Assembly: GCA_963708135.1 (NCBI GenBank)
Contig: OY970192.1
Location: 1,952,001-2,016,000 of the forward strand
Reading direction: 5' to 3'
Source: an uncultured Gemmatimonadales bacterium
Lineage (GTDB): Bacteria; Gemmatimonadota; Gemmatimonadetes; Longimicrobiales; RSA9
DNA: 64,000 bases
Below, piece after piece: positions 35,292 to 45,574 of this stretch (the stretch's first letter is position 1; each line of letters starts with the position of its first letter). Below the pieces are notes generated by a model that did not search any database, was not told where the DNA came from, and was given only the letters and a program-made list of their open reading frames with translations. Made by a program: the position numbers and the translations under genes.

Positions 35292-36119
35292 TCAGTCGAA
35301 GGAGTGCTCCGCGGCGGGATACTCGCCCTTGCGCACGGCGTCGGCGTAGGCGCCGAGCCCCGTGCGCGCCTCGCCGGCCAGATCGGCGAACGCCCGCAGG
35401 AACTTGGGCTTGAATCGGTCGTTCAGGCCGAGCAGGTCGTAGAGCACGAGCACCTGCCCGTCCGCGTGGGGGCCGGCGCCGATGCCGATGGTCGGGATCC
35501 GGATGGCGCGGGTCAGGTCCGCGGCGAGCGGGGCGGGAAGCAGCTCGAGCACGATCGAGAAGCAGCCCGCGTCCGCGAGCCTGCCGGCCTCGGCCGCGAG
35601 GCGCTGCGCGTGCACCTCCTCGCGGCCCTGCACGCGGTAGCCGCCGAGCGCGTGCACCGACTGCGGCACCAGCCCGATGTGGCCCATGACGGGGATGCCC
35701 GCCCGAACGAGGGCGTGAACGTGGGCCGCGGTCTCATCGTCGCCGCCCTCGAGCTTCACGGCCTCCGCCCCCGTCTCCTTCAGGATCCGCCCGGCATTGC
35801 GCACCGTGTCCTGCGGCGAGATCTGGAAGGAGAGGAACGGCATGTCGATCACGAGCAGCGCGTGCTTCACGCCCCGGCGCACGGCTGCGCCGTGGTGGAT
35901 CATGTCCTCGAGCGTGACGGGGATGGTGGACTCGTAGCCGAGGACGACCTGGCCGAGCGAGTCGCCGACGAGCACGACGTCGGCGCCGCTCTCATCGACG
36001 AGGCGGCCGAACAGGAAATCGTACGCGGTCACCACGACGATCTTCTCGCCGCGCTGCTTCATGTCCAGGAGCTGCCGTGTGGTGACGCGCCGCTGCTGCG
36101 CTGCGGGAGGTGTGCCCAT
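35292..36119 (-). CDS. panB: 3-methyl-2-oxobutanoate hydroxymethyltransferase
   Basis: TAYD, LVGDSLG, VKLEGG, MGHIGL, IGIGAG. Confidence 0.96.
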   Translation of the reverse strand: MGTPPAAQQRRVTTRQLLDMKQRGEKIVVVTAYDFLFGRLVDESGADVVLVGDSLGQVVLGYESTIPVTLEDMIHHGAAVRRGVKHALLVIDMPFLSFQISPQDTVRNAGRILKETGAEAVKLEGGDDETAAHVHALVRAGIPVMGHIGLVPQSVHALGGYRVQGREEVHAQRLAAEAGRLADAGCFSIVLELLPAPLAADLTRAIRIPTIGIGAGPHADGQVLVLYDLLGLNDRFKPKFLRAFADLAGEARTGLGAYADAVRKGEYPAAEHSFD

Positions 36120-36196
36120 CCCGACGCCTTCCTGCCTCGAAGGAAGCGGTGAAAACGGCGCAATGGCGCGCCATTTCACGAGTTGACGCAAGCGGC

Positions 36197-36225
36197 AAGC
36201 TAACCGCACCTTGGGGGGATGTCAA
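36197..36225 (-). promoter_or_regulatory. Putative sigma70 promoter of panBC
   Basis: Minus strand TTGACA-N17-TAGCTT, overlapping the start of the divergent gene. Confidence 0.6.
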
Positions 36226-37922
36226 ACCCGGTCCGCTACGATCCGCGCCTCGTCGGGGCGCTCGCCACCGAGCTCGCCGGACGGCTCCTCGGAACCCCCG
36301 CGCGCACCCTCCGGCTCGATCCCGGCCGGCACCTGGCGGCGCTCGAAAGCGCGCGCCACACCCTCGTGCTCGACCTCCACCCGACCCGCGGCTGGATCAC
36401 CCTCGCCGCGGCCCCGCCGCCCGCGCCGCGCGTCATCGCGCTGCGGCGGACGCAGGTGGTCGGGATCGAGGCGCCGCCCGACGAGCGGATCCTGCGCCTC
36501 GCGCTCGCCGGGCCGCCCCGGAGCCGGCTGCGCCAGCTCGTCATCGAGCTCATGACGAACCAGGAGAACGTGATCGCGCTCGACGCCGAGGGACGCATCC
36601 TGACCCTGCTCCGGCGCAGGAGCGGCGGCGCCCGCCCGCTCGAGCCCGGCGCCCTCTACGCGCCGCCGCCGCCGCCCGGCCGCGAGGGGACGGACGCTCC
36701 GCTGGCCCCCGAGACGTGGCAGGCCATCCTGGAGGATGCGGCGCCCGAGGCGCGCCGGCGGCGCGTGCTGCGCTCCGTCGCGTGGACGAGCGCCCTCAAC
36801 GTGGACGCGATCCTCGCGGCGGGCGAAGCGGGCGAGGCGTACGCGCGCTACCTGGCCGTGGCGTGGCCGGAGGCGCCGCGGCCCTGCCTGCTCGATCCCG
36901 CCGGCGCGCGGCAGCCCTATCCGGTGCCGCTGCCGGGGCTCCCGAGCGCCGCGGTCCCCTCGCTCCTCGACGCCATCGCCGCGCGGGCGGCGGAGGCGGA
37001 CGCGGCGGCCGGGGCGGAGGCCGCCGCAGGCACCGCCGCCGCCGCGGGAACGGCGATAGGCGGGCCGGAGCACCCGTCGGGCGGGCTCGCGCCGGAGCTG
37101 CTGGAGCGGCTCCGGCGCCGGATGGCCGGGCTCGGCCGCAGGCTGCACCGGCTGCACGCCGAGGCGGCCGGGGCCGCACCCGAGGCGGCCGCGCTGCGTC
37201 GCCAGGGCGACGTCCTGCTGGCGCACCTCGGGGCGGTGCGGAAGGGGGCGGCGGAGGTGGAGCTGGAGGACTTCGAGGGCGGGGCGCTGCGCATCGCGCT
37301 GGATCCCGCGCTCGCACCGGCGGAGAACGCGCGCCGCCTGTACGACGCGGCGCGCAAGCGCGAGCGGGCGGCGGAGCGGATCCCGGCGCTCGCGGCACGG
37401 GCCGAGGCGGAGCAGGCCGCTCTGGCCGCGCTGCTCGCGCGAGCGGAGCGCGGCGAGGCGGGGGCGGAAGAGGTGCGCTCCGCGGCCGGCGAGGCGCAGG
37501 CGCCGCCGGGCAAGGCGGGTGCACCGGCTGAAGACCGGCTCCCGTACCGCCGCTACGCGACGAGCGGCGGTCTCGAGGTCCGCGTGGGGCGGAGCGGGCG
37601 TGCCAATGACGACCTCACCTTCCACCACTCCTCGCCGGACGACATTCGGCTGCACGCGCGGGACACGGCCGGCGCCCACGTGGTGCTGCGCTGGACCGAC
37701 CGGGACGCGAATCCGCCGCGGCGGGACCTCGAGGAGGCCGCCGTGCTGGCGGCGCTGCACAGCCGCGCCCGCACGTCCGGGACGGTACCCGTGGACTGGA
37801 CCCGCCGGAAATACGTCCGCAAGCCGCGCAAGGCGCCGCCCGGGCGGGTGGCGGTGGAACGATCGAAGACGCTGTTCGTGGAGCCGGATGCCGCGGTGGA
37901 GGGGCGGCTCAGGCGGCCGTGA
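36219..37922 (+). CDS. Rqc2/RqcH-like (NFACT) ribosome quality-control protein
   Basis: ERIL..LVIELM..N in the N-domain, ENARRLY coiled coil, VGRS..ND.LT..LHAR..GAHVVL, VDWTRRKYVRKP. Confidence 0.85.
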   Translation: MSNPVRYDPRLVGALATELAGRLLGTPARTLRLDPGRHLAALESARHTLVLDLHPTRGWITLAAAPPPAPRVIALRRTQVVGIEAPPDERILRLALAGPPRSRLRQLVIELMTNQENVIALDAEGRILTLLRRRSGGARPLEPGALYAPPPPPGREGTDAPLAPETWQAILEDAAPEARRRRVLRSVAWTSALNVDAILAAGEAGEAYARYLAVAWPEAPRPCLLDPAGARQPYPVPLPGLPSAAVPSLLDAIAARAAEADAAAGAEAAAGTAAAAGTAIGGPEHPSGGLAPELLERLRRRMAGLGRRLHRLHAEAAGAAPEAAALRRQGDVLLAHLGAVRKGAAEVELEDFEGGALRIALDPALAPAENARRLYDAARKRERAAERIPALAARAEAEQAALAALLARAERGEAGAEEVRSAAGEAQAPPGKAGAPAEDRLPYRRYATSGGLEVRVGRSGRANDDLTFHHSSPDDIRLHARDTAGAHVVLRWTDRDANPPRRDLEEAAVLAALHSRARTSGTVPVDWTRRKYVRKPRKAPPGRVAVERSKTLFVEPDAAVEGRLRRP

Positions 37923-38736
37923 GGCCGTCGATCCCGGCGCGCAGCCCGGCGACGAAGGCCTCCGCGCCCTCCGGGCCGCCGCGGTCCAGCGCATCGATGA
38001 GGGCGCTGCCGACCACCACGCCGTCCGCGACGGCCGCCACCGCCGCGGCCTGGGCGGGCGTCGAGATGCCGAAGCCGACGGCCACCGGCACGCGGGTGGC
38101 GCGGCGCAGTCTCGCCACCTGCTCGCCGAGGTCGGGCGGCAGGGCCGCGCGGGCGCCGGTGACGCCCCGCCGGGAGATATAGTAGAGGAAGCCCTGCGCG
38201 CGGGCCGCGATCCGCCGCGCCCGCTCGGGGGGGGTGGTGGGGGCGAGCAGGCGGATCAGCGAGAGGGGCGAGCGCTCGAAGGTGCCCTCCAGCGCCTCGT
38301 CGCTTCCCGCGGGCAGGTCGGTCAGCAGCAGCCCGTCCGCGCCGGCCGCGATCGCGCTCTCCAGGAAGCGCTCCACGCCGTACGCGAGCACCGGATTCAG
38401 GTACGTGAAGAGCACCACCGGCGTGTCGTGCCCGCGGCGGAAGTCCGCGAGCATCTCGAGCGCGGCCGGGAGCGTGGCGCCGCGCTCGAGCGCACGCTGC
38501 GAGGCGCGCTGGATGGTCGGCCCGTCGGCCACCGGGTCGCTGAAGGGGATGCCGAGCTCGATGATGTCCGCGCCCGCCCGGGCCAGCCGGCGGAGCAGGT
38601 CCGGGGTGGCGCCGGGATCCGGGTACCCGGCGGTCAGGTAGGGAATGAGGGCGCGGCGGTCCGCCTCGCGCCAGCCGGCGAAGCGCGCCGCCAGGCGGTC
38701 GGCGTCAGACGAAGTAGTCGGCGACGCGGATTCCAT
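37909..38736 (-). CDS. trpA: Tryptophan synthase alpha chain
   Basis: PYLTAGYP, ELGIPFSDPVADGPTIQ, GVTG, VGFGIS. Confidence 0.96.
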   Translation of the reverse strand: MESASPTTSSDADRLAARFAGWREADRRALIPYLTAGYPDPGATPDLLRRLARAGADIIELGIPFSDPVADGPTIQRASQRALERGATLPAALEMLADFRRGHDTPVVLFTYLNPVLAYGVERFLESAIAAGADGLLLTDLPAGSDEALEGTFERSPLSLIRLLAPTTPPERARRIAARAQGFLYYISRRGVTGARAALPPDLGEQVARLRRATRVPVAVGFGISTPAQAAAVAAVADGVVVGSALIDALDRGGPEGAEAFVAGLRAGIDGLTAA

Positions 38737-40162
38737 ACTTGTCCGGATCGGTCGTCTTGATGATCGTGCGGAGCGGCGCGCCGGTGGCTGGATCGAGCTC
38801 CGTGAGGTCGTGGACCGCGGGCTCGGCGATCATGAGGCCGAGCGGGTCGGAGATGACCTTCACCAGCGGCTGGTGCAGGCGCTTGGGATCCTGGTTGCGC
38901 GCGACGACCACGGCCATCTCGTTCGTGTCGAGGATGACCAGCGTGCCGACCGGGAAGACGCCGGTCACGTTCGTGAACGCCTTGACCAGCAGTTGATCGT
39001 AGCCGCGGCTCTTGTTCTCGCGCATCTCCCGCATGACCTCGTCCGGCGGCCACGAGAGCGAGCGGTAGCTGCGCTTCGAGGTGGCCGCGTCGAAGCCGTC
39101 CGCCACCGCGACGATGCGGCTGAAGAGGCGTGGCGTGCGCGGCCGCCGGTTCGCGGGATAGCCCGTGAGATCCACCTTCATGTGGTGCTCGTAGGCCAGC
39201 AGCATCGCGCGGTACGGCTCCTCCGCCAGCCCCTTGACGCCGAATAGCGAGAGCAGCCCTTCGGTCGGGTGCTGCTTCACCTCCTCCCACTCCTCGTCGG
39301 TGAGGGAGCCGGCCTTGGTCACGACCGCCAGGTTCAGGCGCATCTTGCCGACATCGTGGAAGAGGGCGCCGAGCCCGAGCTCGTAGAGCTGGATCTTCGT
39401 GAGCCCGAGCTTCTGCCCGAGCACCACGCTGAAGATGCAGACATTCACGGAGTGGGTGAACGTGTACTCGTCGAAGTCGCGCAGGGTGGTCATGCCGACG
39501 ATCGAGGTCTCGTTGTTCAGCACCTGGTCCACGATCGCCTGCACGGCCCGCTTCACGCGCCGGATGTTGACGGCCCGGCCGAGGCGAAAGTCGCCCAGCA
39601 CGTCCTTGGCCACCTGGACCGACTGGAAGTACGCCCGCTTGGCGGACTCCTTCGCCTCATCGTCGGTCGTGTGCGGCCGCTGCGGCTCGCCCTCGCTGCG
39701 CGCCGGCGAGATGCGGATGTGCTCCACGCCGCTCGCGGCGAACCGCTCCGTGAAGCGCGAGAAGGGATCGTCCGAGCGGGCCTCGTCGAGCAGCAGCGAG
39801 AGGAAGCGCGCCCACTCCTCGCGGGTCACCCCCGCGTCGGCCTCGACGCCGCCGATCTCGTGGCGACCGAGCGAGCCGGCCACGAAGGAAAAGGCCATGT
39901 AGTGCGTGAGGTCGAGGCGCAGGCGCGCGTCGTTCAGGAACAGGAAGTCCCCGATCAGCTGCAGCTCGAGCGTGCCCTCGCGCTCGACGATGCGCCGCGC
40001 GATGCGGTGCATCTCCTCGAGAGAGTTCTGCACGGTCGCGTTCTCGAGCGGGTAGAGCTTGAGGGATTGCGACGTCGCGTAGAACGCCGTCACCAGCGAG
40101 CGGCCGAGCGGCTGGAGCACGTTCTCGCTCTCGAGGAGCGGCGCGGCGGCGTGCGTGGCCAT
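38705..40162 (-). CDS. HD-GYP domain protein
   Basis: YTFTHSVNV, HDVGK, HH...GYP, VADGFDA; N-terminal domain with LYP..N motif. Confidence 0.88.
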   Translation of the reverse strand: MATHAAAPLLESENVLQPLGRSLVTAFYATSQSLKLYPLENATVQNSLEEMHRIARRIVEREGTLELQLIGDFLFLNDARLRLDLTHYMAFSFVAGSLGRHEIGGVEADAGVTREEWARFLSLLLDEARSDDPFSRFTERFAASGVEHIRISPARSEGEPQRPHTTDDEAKESAKRAYFQSVQVAKDVLGDFRLGRAVNIRRVKRAVQAIVDQVLNNETSIVGMTTLRDFDEYTFTHSVNVCIFSVVLGQKLGLTKIQLYELGLGALFHDVGKMRLNLAVVTKAGSLTDEEWEEVKQHPTEGLLSLFGVKGLAEEPYRAMLLAYEHHMKVDLTGYPANRRPRTPRLFSRIVAVADGFDAATSKRSYRSLSWPPDEVMREMRENKSRGYDQLLVKAFTNVTGVFPVGTLVILDTNEMAVVVARNQDPKRLHQPLVKVISDPLGLMIAEPAVHDLTELDPATGAPLRTIIKTTDPDKYGIRVADYFV

Positions 40163-41931
40163 CAGACCGAAGCCTCCTGCCGGAGCGCGCGCGCCACCGC
40201 GTTGCGGACCATCGGGTTCGCCTCGTCCGCGCACCGCTCCAGCGCGGCGCGCGCGCCGGGTGTGTTCATCCGGCCGAGCGCAAGCGCCGCGCAGGCGCGC
40301 AGCTCCGGCGCCTGCCGCTGGCGCAGCACGTTGCGGCCGTTCAGCAAGCGGTCGAGGAAGCCCACGCTGTCGGCGTTGGCCACCGCGCCGAAGGCCTCGA
40401 AGAAGGCGATCTTCTCCGTGAGGTCCGCCTCCTTCACGGTCCGCGATCGCAGCATCTCCTCCAGCCGCGGGCGCGCCGGCTGGTAGCGCAGCCGGGCGAA
40501 GCCGCGGGCGGCCGCCACGCGCACTTCGCGCTCCGGGTCCTCCAGCGCTCCCTCCAGCGCCTCCATGGCGGGGCCCGAGTGGATGGCGACGAGGGCCTCC
40601 ACCGCGGCCAGGCGGAGCGCCGGCTCGTCACGCTGGAGAAGCTGCGTGATCGGCTGCGCCGCCCGCGGCAGCGCCATCTGGCCGAGCAGCCGCGCGGCAC
40701 CGCCGGCCACGACGGGCTCATCCGAGCGGAGCAGCTCGATCACGTCGTCCGGGTGCTCGCGCGCGATCGACTGGATGGCGGTGCCGAGGCGGTTCCGGAG
40801 CGCCTCGGAGGGCGTGGTCTCCACGCTCCGGATGAGGAGCGGCAGCGATGCGGGCCCCAGGTGCCGGAGAAACACGCCGAGCTCCTCGCCCTCCGGATCG
40901 ATAACCGCATCCTCCAGCGAGCGGATCAGCTGCGCGATCACCGCCGGATCGCGCAGCTCGCTGAAGATGCGCTGCACATCCTCGCGCTGCTCCGGCGAGA
41001 GCAGCTCCTCATCCTCCAGGATGTCGCTCAGCTCGAGCAGGATCCGCGAGCCGGAGGTCAGGTCCCCACGGCTCAGGAACGCCGGCAGCAGCTGGCGCAG
41101 GATGCCGAGGATCTCGCTCTGGCGCGCCGGCAGCGGGTCCTCGAGCCGGTCCAGCAGCGCGCTCAGCACGTCCGCCTTGAGGTCCCGCGTCCATTCCAGC
41201 TCGACCTCCTGCTGCAAGGCTTGCAGCTCGGGCTCGTCCAGGAAATAGAGCGTCTCCTCGAATTCCTCGCGGCTCATCCCGGGAGGCGGCGCGGGGGCCG
41301 TCGCCTGGGCGAGCTGCGAGGGCCGCGGCGGCTCCCCGTCCGCTCCGGAAAGATCCGCCTCGAGCAGGCCGATATCCACGCACTCGAGCTCGGGCGCCGA
41401 CTCGCGCGGTATCTCGAGCCCCTCCGCCAGCACGTCCACGTAGCCATACTGGAAGGACGCGAACTGCTGCTCCCAGAGCAGCGTGACCACGTCGTCCCCG
41501 GTCTGCTCCGCCTGCCGCACGGCGTGCACCACCTCGAGAAAGACCTCGACCTCGTCCTCGAAGCCGGGCAGGAACGTCAGCGAGCGGACCCCATCCTTGA
41601 AGAAGAGAAACGACAGGCTGTCCCGCCCCTCGCCCACCGTGAAGGTGCGCCCCGCCCAGCGGAACGCGCCCTCCTCGAGCGCCAGGCGCAGCGAGCCCAC
41701 CTCCGTCCACAGGTTGCGGAACGCCGCGCGCAGCGACGCGATGAAGCCCTGGTAGACAGGGTTGTTCGACTGGTACAGCCGGTGGGCGCGGACGCTCTTC
41801 TCGAGCAGCCCGAACAGCTCCATGACCCGTGCGGGCTCGAGCACGTCCTCGGCCTGGTCGTCGAGGACCCGGGCCGGGCGGGGAGGCTGGACGGAAGGAC
41901 TCGCCATCAGCGGCTCGTTCGTAGGGTTCAT
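40162..41931 (-). CDS. HEAT-repeat domain protein
   Basis: C-terminal PBS-lyase-type HEAT repeats (LRLAAVEAL, VRVAAARG, LRACAALALG). Confidence 0.82.
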   Translation of the reverse strand: MNPTNEPLMASPSVQPPRPARVLDDQAEDVLEPARVMELFGLLEKSVRAHRLYQSNNPVYQGFIASLRAAFRNLWTEVGSLRLALEEGAFRWAGRTFTVGEGRDSLSFLFFKDGVRSLTFLPGFEDEVEVFLEVVHAVRQAEQTGDDVVTLLWEQQFASFQYGYVDVLAEGLEIPRESAPELECVDIGLLEADLSGADGEPPRPSQLAQATAPAPPPGMSREEFEETLYFLDEPELQALQQEVELEWTRDLKADVLSALLDRLEDPLPARQSEILGILRQLLPAFLSRGDLTSGSRILLELSDILEDEELLSPEQREDVQRIFSELRDPAVIAQLIRSLEDAVIDPEGEELGVFLRHLGPASLPLLIRSVETTPSEALRNRLGTAIQSIAREHPDDVIELLRSDEPVVAGGAARLLGQMALPRAAQPITQLLQRDEPALRLAAVEALVAIHSGPAMEALEGALEDPEREVRVAAARGFARLRYQPARPRLEEMLRSRTVKEADLTEKIAFFEAFGAVANADSVGFLDRLLNGRNVLRQRQAPELRACAALALGRMNTPGARAALERCADEANPMVRNAVARALRQEASV

Positions 41932-41935
41932 GATC

Positions 41936-43144
41936 CTATGGAGCTGGTTCGCTCAGGCCAGCGACCTCGGCCACATCCTTGTCCCCGCGTCCACTGAGGC
42001 AGAGGATCACCGGGCCGGCACCCGCCCACCGGCTGCCCTCGCGCAGCAAGTACGCGACCGCGTGCGCGCTCTCGAGCGCCGGGATGATCCCCTCCAGACG
42101 CGCCAGCCGCTCGAAGGCCGCCAGCGCTTCCGCGTCCGTCACGCTCTCGTAGCGCGCGCGGCCGATCGCCTTCAGGTGCGCGTGCTCCGGGCCCACGCCC
42201 GGATAGTCCAGCCCCGCCGAAACGGAATGCGCCGGAGCCACCTGCCCGTCCGCATCCTGGAGCAGATAGCTGTAGGAGCCGTGCAGGACCCCGGGGCGGC
42301 CCGCGCCCAGGGAGGCCGCGTGGCGCCCCGTCTCGAGACCGGCGCCCGCCGCTTCGATGCCGACCAGCTCGACGGCCGTTTCGGGTATGAACTCGTGGAA
42401 GATGCCCATGGCATTGGAGCCGCCGCCGACGCAGGCCAGCACGAGCGCGGGGAGCCCTCCGACCTTCTCCTGCAGCTGCTGACGAGCCTCGCGACCGATG
42501 ACCGCCTGAAAGTCGCGAACGAGCCGGGGATAGGGGTCCGGACCAACGACCGATCCGATAATATAGTGCGTGTTTTCCACATTCGCCACCCAGTCCCGCA
42601 TGGCCTCGTTGGTGGCGTCCTTCAGTGTACGCGTGCCCGACTCGACGGACCGGACCTGCGCCCCCAGCAGCCGCATCCGGTAAACGTTGAGCGCCTGCCG
42701 GCGCGCGTCCTCCGCGCCCATGTAGACCACGCACTCCAGGCCGAAGAGGGCGCTGACCGTGGCCGTCGCCACGCCGTGCTGGCCGGCCCCGGTCTCCGCG
42801 ATGATGCGGGTCTTGCCCATGCGGCGTGCCAGCAGCACCTGCCCCAGCGTGTTGTTGATCTTGTGCGCGCCCGTGTGATTCAGGTCCTCGCGCTTCAGCC
42901 AGACGTCCGCCCCGCCCGCCGCCTCGCCCAGCCGGCGGGCGCGGTAGAGCGGCGTGGGCCGGCCGACGTAGTTCCTCAGGAGATCGTCGAGCTCGGCCCA
43001 GAAGCCCTCCTCGCCCGCCGCCGCCGCGTACGCATCGCGGAGCTCCTCGAGCGCCGCGACCAGCGTCTCCGGGACGTAGCTCCCGCCGAACTCGCCGAAG
43101 CGGCCGCCGGCCGCCCGCTCCCGCTCACCCGCCGCAGGCCCCAT
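41936..43144 (-). CDS. trpB: Tryptophan synthase beta chain
   Basis: [41 protein letters not shown]. Confidence 0.97.
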   Translation of the reverse strand: MGPAAGERERAAGGRFGEFGGSYVPETLVAALEELRDAYAAAAGEEGFWAELDDLLRNYVGRPTPLYRARRLGEAAGGADVWLKREDLNHTGAHKINNTLGQVLLARRMGKTRIIAETGAGQHGVATATVSALFGLECVVYMGAEDARRQALNVYRMRLLGAQVRSVESGTRTLKDATNEAMRDWVANVENTHYIIGSVVGPDPYPRLVRDFQAVIGREARQQLQEKVGGLPALVLACVGGGSNAMGIFHEFIPETAVELVGIEAAGAGLETGRHAASLGAGRPGVLHGSYSYLLQDADGQVAPAHSVSAGLDYPGVGPEHAHLKAIGRARYESVTDAEALAAFERLARLEGIIPALESAHAVAYLLREGSRWAGAGPVILCLSGRGDKDVAEVAGLSEPAP

Positions 43145-43827
43145 CACGACTCCCCGCCAGGGTCCATTGCCACCGACCGCGCCTCCGCGCCGGCCGAACG
43201 CGCCGCCGCCTCGATGAAGGCGACGATCGCCCCCGCCGACTTCTCGCCCACGCGCACCTCCACGCCCGAGCTGACGTCCACCACGTCCGGCCGCAGCAGC
43301 GCCACCGCGCGGCCGACGTTCACGGCGTCCAGCCCTCCGGCGACGATCAGCCTCACGCCCTCGGGCACCCGCGCGCGCAACGAGGCCACCATCTCCCAGG
43401 AGAAGCGCGTGGCCGTGCCGCCCGCCGCGCGCGCGCTCCAGCCGTCGAGCAGCAGCCCGTCCACCACGTCGCCGTAGGCCTCGATGCCCGCCAGGAACTC
43501 CTCGCGCGTGCGCGGACGCAGCGCCTTCCATACCGCGAAGCCGCGCCCCCTCATCCGGTACACCAGCGAGGGCGACTCGCCGCCGTGGAGCTGGAGCACG
43601 TCCAGCCGCAGCCGCTCGGCCACGCGCAGGAGTCCGTCCCGACGCTCGTCCACGAATACGCCCACCCGGCGCACGCCGTCCGCGGCGGCGTAGATCGCCT
43701 CCGCCTCCTCCACGCTCCGGCTCCGGCGGCCGCCCGGCGCCAGCACGACGCCGGCGTAGCGCGCCCCCGCGGCCGCGGCCGCGCGGCCGTCGGCCGGCCG
43801 GCAGAGCCCGCAGATCTTCACGTCCAC
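43144..43827 (-). CDS. trpF: Phosphoribosylanthranilate isomerase
   Basis: VKICGL, VGVF, QLHGGE, AGGL, DVSSGVE. Confidence 0.94.
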   Translation of the reverse strand: MDVKICGLCRPADGRAAAAAGARYAGVVLAPGGRRSRSVEEAEAIYAAADGVRRVGVFVDERRDGLLRVAERLRLDVLQLHGGESPSLVYRMRGRGFAVWKALRPRTREEFLAGIEAYGDVVDGLLLDGWSARAAGGTATRFSWEMVASLRARVPEGVRLIVAGGLDAVNVGRAVALLRPDVVDVSSGVEVRVGEKSAGAIVAFIEAAARSAGAEARSVAMDPGGES

Positions 43828-44660
43828 GAGACGGTCCCCTGCCCCGGCGCCGGGCCGTTCCGGCGCGCCTCTCGCGCGCGCGCCCGCCCCACCAGCGCCG
43901 CGGCCGCCGCGCGCACGTCCGGCGCGCGCATGAGTGACTCCCCGACCAGCACCGCGTCCACCCCTGCCGCCGCCAGCCGGTTGACGTCCGAGGCGTCGCG
44001 GATCCCGCTCTCCGCCACCATCACCCGGTCCGGAGGCACACGGGCCGCGAGCGAGACCGCGCGCGAGAGGTCGGTGCGGAACGTCGCCAGATCGCGGCTG
44101 TTCACGCCCACCACCGCCGCGCCCACCGCGAGCGCACGCTCCAGCTCGGCCGCCTCGTGCACCTCGACGAGCACCGCCATCCCGAGCTCCCGCGCCAGCG
44201 CGTGGAGCTCCGCCAGCCGCGCATCGTCCAGCAGGCGCACGATCAGGAGCACTGCGTCCGCGCTCACCGCCCGCGCCTCCCACACCTGCACCGGATCCAG
44301 GATGAAGTCCTTGCGGAGCACCGGCAGCGCCGCCGCGCGGCGCGCCGCCCGCAGATCCTCCAGCCCGCCGCCGAACCACTCCGCGTCCGTCAGCACGCTG
44401 AGCGCCGCCGCCCCCGCCGCCGCGTACGAGGCGGCCAGCTCCTCCACCCCGGCGTCCGGCCGGATCCACCCCGCCGAGGGCGAGCGCCGCTTGATCTCCG
44501 CCAGCAGCGCCACGGACGCACCGCCGCCGAGCGCCGCCTCGAAGGCACGCGGCGCCTCCGCCGACTCCGCAGCCGCGCGCAGCTCGGCCCGCCGCGGCAG
44601 CAGCCGCTCGATTTCCGCGCGCTTGGACTCTACGATACGACCCAGGATGTTCGACGACAC
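43818..44660 (-). CDS. trpC: Indole-3-glycerol phosphate synthase
   Basis: [31 protein letters not shown]. Confidence 0.95.
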   Translation of the reverse strand: MSSNILGRIVESKRAEIERLLPRRAELRAAAESAEAPRAFEAALGGGASVALLAEIKRRSPSAGWIRPDAGVEELAASYAAAGAAALSVLTDAEWFGGGLEDLRAARRAAALPVLRKDFILDPVQVWEARAVSADAVLLIVRLLDDARLAELHALARELGMAVLVEVHEAAELERALAVGAAVVGVNSRDLATFRTDLSRAVSLAARVPPDRVMVAESGIRDASDVNRLAAAGVDAVLVGESLMRAPDVRAAAAALVGRARAREARRNGPAPGQGTVSWT

Positions 44661-44693
44661 GCTTGCGCTTCGGTTTGGCTTCGGGTAAGTTGG

Positions 44694-44708
44694 GTTCGGC
44701 GAATGTTC
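44694..44708 (+). promoter_or_regulatory. Candidate LexA operator GTTC-N7-GTTC
   Basis: GTTCggcgaatGTTC upstream of lexA; second degenerate copy CTTCggtttggCTTC at 44668-44682. Confidence 0.55.
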
Positions 44709-44754
44709 GGGCGTTCCGGCCGCCCCGGGATGCGGCCCGGCGCAGGTCCGACTC

Positions 44755-44834
44755 CCGATCCTGAAACGCGAATCCTGGATTCCATGATCCCGGATCCTCG
44801 ACCCTGACCCCTGATCCCTGGCTCCTGATCCCCC
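44755..44834 (+). repeat. Degenerate heptamer tandem repeats (gatccct/gacccct/gatcccg-like) in the lexA leader
   Basis: ...tgatcccggatcctcgaccctgacccctgatccctggctcctgatccc... Confidence 0.55.
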
Positions 44835-44837
44835 ATC

Positions 44838-45449
44838 ATGGCCCTGACCAAGAAGCAGAAGCAGATCCTGGACTATCTCCAGGAGTTCCTGGCGGAGAAC
44901 GGCTACTCGCCGAGCTTCGAGGAGATCGCGGAGCGCTTCGGCTACTCCTCGCTCGCCACGGTGCACGAGCACCTGGAGAATCTGCGAGGCAAGGGCTACA
45001 TCCGAAAGAGCTACAACGCGAGCCGCTCGATCGAGCTGGTGCCGACAGGGATGCGGGTGGCGGCCGTGGAGCTGCCGCTGCTCGGGAAGGTGGCGGCCGG
45101 CATGCCGATCGAGGCGATCGAGGAGCAGGAGACGATCGCGGTGCCCGAGGACTTCCTCGGCCGCGGCGGTGAGAACTACGTGCTGCGGGTGGCGGGGGAC
45201 TCGATGATCGAGGAGCAGATCCGCGATGGCGACTACATCATCGTGAACTCACGCAGCACGGCGAACAACGGGGAGATGGTCGTGGCGCTGGTCGGCGGGG
45301 AGGCCGCCACGGTGAAGAAGTTCTACCGCGAGCCGGACGGCCGCATCCGGCTGCAGCCGGCCAACATGGCCATGTCACCGCAGTACTACCGCCCGCACCA
45401 GGTGCGCGTCCAGGGCATCGTCATCGGCGTGATCCGGAGGTACGCATGA
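44838..45449 (+). CDS. lexA: SOS repressor LexA
   Basis: wHTH (PSFEEIA..FG..S.ATV..HL), AG cleavage site (VAAGMP), GDSM serine, TVKK lysine. Confidence 0.96.
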   Translation: MALTKKQKQILDYLQEFLAENGYSPSFEEIAERFGYSSLATVHEHLENLRGKGYIRKSYNASRSIELVPTGMRVAAVELPLLGKVAAGMPIEAIEEQETIAVPEDFLGRGGENYVLRVAGDSMIEEQIRDGDYIIVNSRSTANNGEMVVALVGGEAATVKKFYREPDGRIRLQPANMAMSPQYYRPHQVRVQGIVIGVIRRYA

Positions 45450-45574
45450 TCAAGAAGCCGTTCCTCATCGGCCGCGGCACGCGCCGCAACCTCACCGTGC
45501 TCGTGCTGCGCTGCGCGCCCGCCTCCCCGATCCACGGCCCGTGGACGCTCAAGGCGGTGGTGTCGGCGAACTGA
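45446..45574 (+). CDS. Putative 42-aa small protein coupled to lexA
   Basis: MIKKPFLIGRGTRRNLTVLVLRCAPASPIHGPWTLKAVVSAN*; ATGA overlap with the lexA stop and GGAGG upstream. Confidence 0.5.
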   Translation: MIKKPFLIGRGTRRNLTVLVLRCAPASPIHGPWTLKAVVSAN

